IMG/VR virus record: IMGVR_UViG_3300014819_000515
Source: an uncultured virus (IMG/VR IMGVR_UViG_3300014819_000515)
Lineage: Duplodnaviria; Heunggongvirae; Uroviricota; Caudoviricetes
Strand: one strand, 5' to 3'
Length of the DNA: 64,000 bases
Within the stretch, counting starts at the first letter, position 1; every line of letters starts with the position of its first letter. The notes under the pieces are model-generated. The model saw only the letters and a list, made by a program, of their open reading frames with translations, searched no databases and had not been told where the DNA came from. This document shows positions 58,304 to 64,000 of the stretch, one piece after another. Both the position numbers and the translations under genes were made by a program.

Positions 58304-58331
58304 ATATTTATTGTTTGTTGTTTATATGGAT

Positions 58332-58410
58332 AAGGTAACACTTTAATGTGTTTAGGTCAAGTGTTATAATAAAGAAATAAGTGTTTAGATTCAATGACTT
58401 GAAGTCATTG
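58332..58410 (-). promoter_or_regulatory. early promoter module copy 2
   Basis: Inverted repeat CAATGACTT-G-AAGTCATTG 58392-58410; TTATTTCTTT 58371-58380; TTGACC-N17-TACCTT. Confidence 0.7.
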
Positions 58411-58416
58411 TTTTTA

Positions 58417-58439
58417 AAGGGTTTTTTAGGAAAACCCTT
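58417..58439 (-). terminator. hairpin after the 58446 gene
   Basis: AAGGGTTTT-N5-AAAACCCTT. Confidence 0.55.
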
Positions 58440-58445
58440 AAAACC

Positions 58446-58958
58446 TTAGTTTCTTGTGAATTGGTCGTTCCAATTAAAGGCTTCTTTTACACAGTTTTCT
58501 GTGAGACCTTTATATGTAAGATTCAATTTCTTGTCTTTTATGTCAATTAATACTTGAGCATCATCTTTATGTAATGCTTCTAACATTTGTATAAAAAGCA
58601 TTTCTTTTTTAGCTTTAGGTATATTACTACCACCTTTAATAAAAAGATATAACTTTCTTGCTTCATCTAGTAAAGATGTGTGATCTGTTCCTTCAGGTAC
58701 ATCATTTTGTATAAATGGTGGATTTCCCTCTGGTATATCCCAAACAATTTTAGGGTCAAAAGCAGCTTTTAATAACTGTCTTAATGCTTGACTATCGTGT
58801 TTTTTTAACACTTCAATTTTTTTAGGTTTATCTTTTGCGTTATTTACTTGTGTAAATATTTCGTGTGCTAAAGGTCTAGCGTTAGTGGCCGTACGAGCTA
58901 CTGACTCCATTCCTTTTTTACTCATTAGGCTTGAGTGCCTAGGTGTTTCTTGTTCCAT
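58446..58958 (-). CDS. conserved T4-like hypothetical protein
   Basis: EIFTQV..KIEVLKKH..WDIPEG.PPF..LYLFIKGG..EMLFIQMLEALH. Confidence 0.8.
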   Translation of the reverse strand: MEQETPRHSSLMSKKGMESVARTATNARPLAHEIFTQVNNAKDKPKKIEVLKKHDSQALRQLLKAAFDPKIVWDIPEGNPPFIQNDVPEGTDHTSLLDEARKLYLFIKGGSNIPKAKKEMLFIQMLEALHKDDAQVLIDIKDKKLNLTYKGLTENCVKEAFNWNDQFTRN

Positions 58959-58979
58959 AATTACTCCAATATTCGAATA

Positions 58980-59825
58980 TTAAAAATCACCAATGTTTGT
59001 CATCAATGCTTTTAGTTTGTGTTGCATAAAATAAGGTAACAGTTTGGACCTGTTAGGTATCTTATACTCTCTATATGTATTTATAATAGTTCTTTCAAGC
59101 TCTTTTGGCATACAAGAAAGGTCTATTAATTGTTTGTTTCTCTCATAATATTTACTGGTTTCACTGCCAAGAGGTATATTACTAACGTTGGCCCATTCTT
59201 CAAGTCGTTTCTTATTAATAGGTCTTTGTTTCTCACCTGTTAAAAAGATGTCGTCTGGACTTAATATATTAGGTATACCATCTGAACGGTCACCTTTTAT
59301 AATCTGTTCGTGTAAAAATTTCTTAGGATCTAAACCTTCACCAACAAATACCTTTTGTATAGGACTATATTGTTTAACATTTTTATTTGATTGTAATTGT
59401 ATAAAGTCTTTGTCACCACTGATAATCATAATAGGTCTATTTGTGTGATTAAACACCAATGCACCTATAATGTCATCTGCTTCGGCCTTTTCTATGTACA
59501 TCATTACATAAGGAAAGTTTTCTGCAATTTCGTTTTTGATTTCTGTAATACAATTGAATATATTATCCCAATCTGTGGCTGAATCTACACGGCCTTTTCT
59601 GCGAGCGTGTTTATAATTAGGGTAAATATCTCTACGCCAAGGGTCGCCTGCGTCAGCACATAATACCATAGTGCCATACTGTTCTTTAAATTTTAAATTG
59701 AATCCTCTTAATGAATTGATAACCATATGCCTAATCATTTCTTTATTGGGTTTAATATCCGATTTACCTCTGGTCTGTGCCATAAGGTTTGATATTAAAA
59801 CTTGATTTAGGTCTACTAGTATCAT
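58980..59825 (-). CDS. rnh: T4-type RNase H (5'-3' exonuclease)
   Basis: MILVDLNQ..WRRDIYPNYK..EADDIIG..SGDKDFIQLQ..GDRSDGIPN. Confidence 0.95.
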   Translation of the reverse strand: MILVDLNQVLISNLMAQTRGKSDIKPNKEMIRHMVINSLRGFNLKFKEQYGTMVLCADAGDPWRRDIYPNYKHARRKGRVDSATDWDNIFNCITEIKNEIAENFPYVMMYIEKAEADDIIGALVFNHTNRPIMIISGDKDFIQLQSNKNVKQYSPIQKVFVGEGLDPKKFLHEQIIKGDRSDGIPNILSPDDIFLTGEKQRPINKKRLEEWANVSNIPLGSETSKYYERNKQLIDLSCMPKELERTIINTYREYKIPNRSKLLPYFMQHKLKALMTNIGDF

Positions 59826-60103
59826 TATGATTTATGTTCAAAAATTACAGTTTCATCTCCCATTACTTCATTGTAACTGGTAGTTTTAAATATAAAATCT
59901 TTTCCATATTCTTTACCTTTTTTACCTTGTTCATTAGCGTACTTAGCAACGGCTTCAACTACGTTGTAGCCTGCATTTAGTCCGCCTCCCTCACCAAATT
60001 CTTCATTGATTTCTTTTGAATAAGGTTCTCTATTTGATAATGCTGATATTTTTCTTTCTACTAATAATCCATCTTTAAATTTTCTTTTTAATTCGTATGC
60101 CAT
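59825..60103 (-). CDS. hypothetical protein
   Basis: 92 aa, AAGGAG RBS. Confidence 0.7.
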   Translation of the reverse strand: MAYELKRKFKDGLLVERKISALSNREPYSKEINEEFGEGGGLNAGYNVVEAVAKYANEQGKKGKEYGKDFIFKTTSYNEVMGDETVIFEHKS

Positions 60104-60122
60104 AAATCTCCTTTTGTAACGA

Positions 60123-60148
60123 AGGCGAGCGTTATATATTTCTCGCCT
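60123..60148 (-). terminator. hairpin after the HTH gene
   Basis: AGGCGAG-N12-CTCGCCT. Confidence 0.5.
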
Positions 60149-60163
60149 CCATCATTTAACTAA

Positions 60164-60451
60164 TTACGCATTGTAAGCGTATGAAGTACCGTATAGTTTT
60201 TTGATACCAGCAGCGATGATCGCTTTTGATGGTGCACCAAGTCTATAGAAAGTACCTTGAGCAGTTTTGTTAATATAGATCATATTACCAGCTGCTCTCA
60301 ATTTATCTACCATAGCTCTTGGCGATGTTAGATCAAATTTAGTTCTTAAAGTTTTCCAAGATACTGATTTCCCAGTTTCTAGTAACTCTAATACTCTTTG
60401 TGTTTTTGAAGTCTTGCCACTTGCAAGAGCTCTTTTTAATGTTTTTAACAT
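60164..60451 (-). CDS. basic winged-HTH DNA-binding protein
   Basis: KTQRVLELLETGKSVSWKTLRTKFDLTSPRAMVDKLRAAGNMIY..YRLG; AAGGAG RBS. Confidence 0.7.
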   Translation of the reverse strand: MLKTLKRALASGKTSKTQRVLELLETGKSVSWKTLRTKFDLTSPRAMVDKLRAAGNMIYINKTAQGTFYRLGAPSKAIIAAGIKKLYGTSYAYNA

Positions 60452-60517
60452 TAGTTTCTCCTTGTGTTGGCTATTTTACAACCGGCGACGGCGATTCCAT
60501 TAGGAATTTCGTGTAAT

Positions 60518-61012
60518 CTATCTGTCATCTGTTTCTTCAGGTAAATCAAAATCTGCTTCAAAGTCTGTCCAACCATCATTTCTTCTTTTAATTTCATCTT
60601 TAATATCTTTGTTTAATGGTTTATGTGGTTTGTGATTTTCTTCTGGCAACACTTTATTATAATCAATTACAACTTGTGGGCCAAATCTTGACATTTTTAC
60701 ATCTACAATTTTATCAGCAAGTCTTTGTGCTGGGTGTGTAACGTCAAAATCTCTATATATCATACCTCTTAATATATCTACTAATAATCCAAAGTCTTTT
60801 GTAAATTCTGGTTTTTCTGTCAACATGGCCATTTCTACGAATTGTCGTAGTATATTCATAGCTATTTCATCAACATTTCCTTCTACAAATTCTTTTGTTC
60901 TATCTACTCTTACCTTTTCACTTCCTTCAGGATTTTGTTTGGCTGTTTCTTTATTAACAATTTTATCTGTTGGAAATAAAATAATTTTATCATCAGTCAT
61001 ATGTAAGGTCAT
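60518..61012 (-). CDS. hypothetical protein
   Basis: 164 aa, KIILFP motif. Confidence 0.7.
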   Translation of the reverse strand: MTLHMTDDKIILFPTDKIVNKETAKQNPEGSEKVRVDRTKEFVEGNVDEIAMNILRQFVEMAMLTEKPEFTKDFGLLVDILRGMIYRDFDVTHPAQRLADKIVDVKMSRFGPQVVIDYNKVLPEENHKPHKPLNKDIKDEIKRRNDGWTDFEADFDLPEETDDR

Positions 61013-61287
61013 TACTTAATAGGTTGACCTTGAAAGTTAACCAGTTTTTTATCAATAAGATATTCCATCAACTGATTATAACCACCTATTAATTCACCAT
61101 TTATTTTTATTTGAGGCATTGATCTTACTTGTTTACCAATTTCTTCAAATAAAGCTTCTGTTGTCAAAAAATTTTCTATCTTTTTTTCTGTGTATGTAAG
61201 GCCAAGGTTATTTAATAACGATTTGGCCTTTACACAATAACCACAGTTGTCTTTACTGTATAATATGACGTGAGATATATCACTCAT
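61012..61287 (-). CDS. glutaredoxin
   Basis: YSKDNCGYCVKAK..SMPQIKINGELIGGY. Confidence 0.93.
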   Translation of the reverse strand: MSDISHVILYSKDNCGYCVKAKSLLNNLGLTYTEKKIENFLTTEALFEEIGKQVRSMPQIKINGELIGGYNQLMEYLIDKKLVNFQGQPIK

Positions 61288-61288
61288 A

Positions 61289-61909
61289 TTATTGTACTGT
61301 TTTTTCTTTAGTAGTTTCTTTAAACGCTTGATCGGCCTTTTCTTTAAGTTTATAAGAGTTCGCTACTTCTTCAATATTGTAATGATACATCTTATTATAC
61401 TCACCTAAAGGTAACTTTAATCCTACCCAAGCTCTATAGTAACCTTGATTTGTTGATGTCACTTCTTGTGCAAATACTTCATACCCTCTAACAGGTGTAT
61501 TTTGTATTATATTCACTAAAGTTGATTCAACTTGTGATACTATAGTTTTAGTTTCTGATTTACCTAATTCAGTTATAAACTGTTTAGATTGTTTGTTCAT
61601 CTCGCCTTTGATAACATCAGCGATATCCGCTTTTGCTAACATTCTAGCTTTTTCAATTGCAAGATTTAAATCAGGTGATACAGCGGTACCTGCACCAAAT
61701 AAACATACTTTGTCTGTACCTCTTGACTCTATAGAGTTAAAATTACAAACTTCTTTTTGTTTAATTTGATTCATGTACCAAGCAGGAACTATATCTACAG
61801 TTCGTTCTTTTTCTGCTTTAATTTCATAGGTTTGATTTAAACCTGTATTAGCACAAGCACCTAGCAACATACCAAGTATTGTGATCGTTATTATTTTTCT
61901 TATCATCAT
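61289..61909 (-). CDS. LPP20-like lipoprotein
   Basis: Lipobox LGAC; VPAWY..GAGTAVSPDLNLAIEKA; promoter TTGACA-N17-TATGAT at 61932-61960. Confidence 0.75.
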   Translation of the reverse strand: MMIRKIITITILGMLLGACANTGLNQTYEIKAEKERTVDIVPAWYMNQIKQKEVCNFNSIESRGTDKVCLFGAGTAVSPDLNLAIEKARMLAKADIADVIKGEMNKQSKQFITELGKSETKTIVSQVESTLVNIIQNTPVRGYEVFAQEVTSTNQGYYRAWVGLKLPLGEYNKMYHYNIEEVANSYKLKEKADQAFKETTKEKTVQ

Positions 61910-61910
61910 A

Positions 61911-62051
61911 TTATTTCACACTCCTATTAACATCATATACTATTTCTTCGGCTTTGTCAAGTCCTTTTCTAATTGTCTTAAAAAAGTCTTTAAAAGATAC
62001 GTTAAACACTAGCATATATAAAAGTGTAGCGATTATAATGTTCTTAAACAT
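61911..62051 (-). CDS. small membrane peptide
   Basis: Manual 46 aa MFKNIIIATLLYMLVFNVSFKDF. Confidence 0.5.
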   Translation of the reverse strand: MFKNIIIATLLYMLVFNVSFKDFFKTIRKGLDKAEEIVYDVNRSVK

Positions 62052-62722
62052 TATTGTACTCTCCATTCACCGTCCTTGTTTAGGCACGTCTTTCCGAACG
62101 ATTTAAAGACGTGATCTGGTCTACTATAATATCGGCAATATTCTGGAGCCGATACATCTCTATAATAGAATTGTGCAAACATTTCCCAATAGTTAGGTGT
62201 AATTAAACCTTTTCTACCATCTGCACACTCCAAAATTTCTTTTTTAACAACACTATCTCCTTCTTGTGTAATCTTAACAACAACATAACAATTTTGATTA
62301 GCACTTTCTTTAGGTTTAATAGTTCTACTTAATTCATAAGTTTGTTTACTATTTAAATCATCAATATCTTTTACAACTTTTTTATATAAAGCATTATCGT
62401 GTCCTTTTTCTTCTTCTGTCATTTCAACTTTAGGCATAATAAACGTTTCATTTGCTCTTACTTTTGAAATACCAACCTGTAAAACAAAATAGATTAACAA
62501 TATTACTAAAAAATATTTTCTTACATTAGGTATCACTCTTTTAAATCTCCAAGAATATACTAGCTGCTGTTTAGGTAATAGTGATATAATAAAAGAAATA
62601 AAACCTTTTATCATATAAAATAATGTATCTACTAATTCTAGTAAATAAGGTTTTAAAAAATTTGGTAATTTAATTAAATATCTACTCATTCTGAACCATA
62701 TTTTATTATATTTGTTGAACAA
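62051..62722 (-). CDS. hypothetical membrane-anchored protein (true start may be 62689)
   Basis: TM plus a Cys-containing C-terminal domain ending GKTCLNKDGEW. Confidence 0.65.
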   Translation of the reverse strand: MFNKYNKIWFRMSRYLIKLPNFLKPYLLELVDTLFYMIKGFISFIISLLPKQQLVYSWRFKRVIPNVRKYFLVILLIYFVLQVGISKVRANETFIMPKVEMTEEEKGHDNALYKKVVKDIDDLNSKQTYELSRTIKPKESANQNCYVVVKITQEGDSVVKKEILECADGRKGLITPNYWEMFAQFYYRDVSAPEYCRYYSRPDHVFKSFGKTCLNKDGEWRVQ

Positions 62723-62883
62723 TCTTTATAATCATTATAAATTAATGGTTCTTTCTTTTCAAGTTTTTCTAAAGTATCTCTTAGTTCATACAGTTCGTTT
62801 TCTAAACTTTTAAGAGGACTAAATTCTAATTCTTTTATTATAATCTTTTCTCTTGCTTTTAATAATTTAATTTGTTCGTCCAT
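62686..62883 (-). CDS. hypothetical coiled-coil protein
   Basis: 65 aa ORF. Confidence 0.6.
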   Translation of the reverse strand: MDEQIKLLKAREKIIIKELEFSPLKSLENELYELRDTLEKLEKKEPLIYNDYKDCSTNIIKYGSE

Positions 62884-63358
62884 TACTATCTCTTTCTACC
62901 CAACGTCCATCAGGTTGTTGACAAGCAGTACCAAATACCACTTTTCTGTTTATACCACCAATACCAATTAATGGCCATTGACTTGTTATATCTACTGTTG
63001 CTTCGTAATCTTTACATTTAAATGGGCCTTCCATATATGTACTATATGTTTTAATGTTGCCTGAATTTTGCGTTTTTTCATTGTACCAGTTTGTATAAGA
63101 TGAAGATGAACCACGATTTAAATGATCTACGAATACTGCATTGTGTACATCATAATCTGAATTATACATAAGTTCTGCACCTACAAAAGCACCTGTAACT
63201 GCACAAGCGGCCGCTACAACTGGATTATCTGTAAATTGTAAACAAGCGCCTGTCGTAGTCGTGGCACCTAAAAAGGCACCAGTATGACTACGATTATTAG
63301 CACATTGGTTAACAACTAACAGTATGAAAAGTAAACTAAATATTCGCAAGTTTCTCAT
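62867..63358 (-). CDS. Rickettsia 17 kDa surface antigen-like lipoprotein (glycine zipper)
   Basis: VNQC lipobox-like, GAFLGA..GAFVGA, WYNEKTQNSG, GTACQQPDGRW. Confidence 0.8.
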   Translation of the reverse strand: MRNLRIFSLLFILLVVNQCANNRSHTGAFLGATTTTGACLQFTDNPVVAAACAVTGAFVGAELMYNSDYDVHNAVFVDHLNRGSSSSYTNWYNEKTQNSGNIKTYSTYMEGPFKCKDYEATVDITSQWPLIGIGGINRKVVFGTACQQPDGRWVERDSNGRTN

Positions 63359-63665
63359 CTTCTAATTCAGCTTCTTCTTCCCACATTTTTTGTTGGAATG
63401 ATTTACCAAATACTGACATATAAAAGTAATCTCTAGGAGAGTCACTTTCATAAGCTTTTAATAGTTCTTCAAAATTAATGTCTAATAAATCATAGACTTT
63501 AGGATTAAGTGTTTTGTTTCTAATGTGGTCTTTAAAGAATTGAATACGATTAACGTATATGTCAACTTCTTTATCTTCTAATTTTTTTTTCGTTGAAAGG
63601 TTAACGTCTTTTTGTTTTGCGTCTTTAAACTCTCTAAAAAGAGTGTCTTTATCATATGTTATCAT
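63336..63665 (-). CDS. hypothetical early protein
   Basis: 109 aa ORF directly after promoter module copy 3. Confidence 0.7.
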   Translation of the reverse strand: MITYDKDTLFREFKDAKQKDVNLSTKKKLEDKEVDIYVNRIQFFKDHIRNKTLNPKVYDLLDINFEELLKAYESDSPRDYFYMSVFGKSFQQKMWEEEAELEDEKLANI

Positions 63666-63698
63666 AATGTATATTTTAGTTTATTGTTTGTACTATAT

Positions 63699-63780
63699 AA
63701 GGTAATACTTTTTTGTGTTAATTGCAAGCCCTAGGTCAAAGAAATAAGTATTTAAAAACAATGACTTCAAGTTACTGATT
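63699..63780 (-). promoter_or_regulatory. early promoter module copy 3
   Basis: CAATGACTT-C-AAGTTACTG 63759-63777; TTATTTCTTT 63738-63747; TTGCAA-N17-TACCTT. Confidence 0.7.
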
Positions 63781-63787
63781 TATATAG

Positions 63788-63883
63788 CTATTTAAAATAC
63801 GACTCAATAACGTCATTCACCACGTGTTCATATTTCCAACCAGCCCATATTCCTATAATCATTCCTAAAAAAAACCAAATCAT
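63788..63883 (-). CDS. small membrane peptide
   Basis: Manual 31 aa MIWFFLGMIIGIWAGWKYEHVVNDVIESYFK. Confidence 0.5.
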   Translation of the reverse strand: MIWFFLGMIIGIWAGWKYEHVVNDVIESYFK

Positions 63884-64000
63884 TTTTTACCTTTTTTCTT
63901 AGACTTTTTTTCTTTAATTTTTTTCATTGATGAATTGCCATTATCATCTTTCATTATATCATAAGCATTTTTACCATCAAAGTAATGGCCGTCATAAGTT
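63880..64000 (-). CDS. hypothetical protein, 3' end only
   Basis: ..TYDGHYFDGKNAYDIMKDD..KKKGKK stop; ATGA overlap. Confidence 0.5.
   Translation of the reverse strand, partial: TYDGHYFDGKNAYDIMKDDNGNSSMKKIKEKKSKKKGKK

Noticed and set aside
1..64000. tRNA genes, IS elements, alternative genetic code, DGR
   Set aside because: No cloverleaf, transposase, reverse transcriptase or template/variable repeat pair was seen by eye; genes tile densely under the standard code.

Overview
AT-rich segment of a T4-like myophage genome. It resembles pelagiphage/cyanophage-type T4-likes, and an alphaproteobacterial SAR11-like host is my inference only. Three 11-N scaffold gaps occur, at 9842, 29731 and 51110. 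Contents from left to right: (1) the start of a collagen-like GxTGS fibre gene with divergent glycosyltransferases; (2) a 9.4 kb opposite-strand island of small-molecule/protein-modifying enzymes (HxD..H dioxygenase-like, GNAT, methyltransferase, fatty acid desaturase, two PP-loop/asparagine-synthetase-like proteins, cupin) under T4 late promoters; (3) more glycosyltransferases behind the baseplate/fibre genes (DUF4815, gp8, gp7, gp6, gp25, PAAR); (4) a 6 kb accessory block separating PAAR from gp5; (5) gp5, hub, gp53, gp48, gp4, gp2, gp54, gp26, gp51, holin and tape measure; (6) gp32, gp59, gp33, nucleases, lysins, RNase H, glutaredoxin and several lipoproteins. Strongest hunt results: an apparent programmed -1 frameshift fusing gp26 to a start-less gp51 (T TTT TTC plus a hairpin 6 nt downstream); a three-copy, helically phased early-promoter module with IHF-like sites; a sharp GGCC hotspot over gp5; and the late-expressed enzyme island. 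No tRNA, rRNA, CRISPR or IS element was seen. All annotations come from motif recognition by eye, with no database searches.
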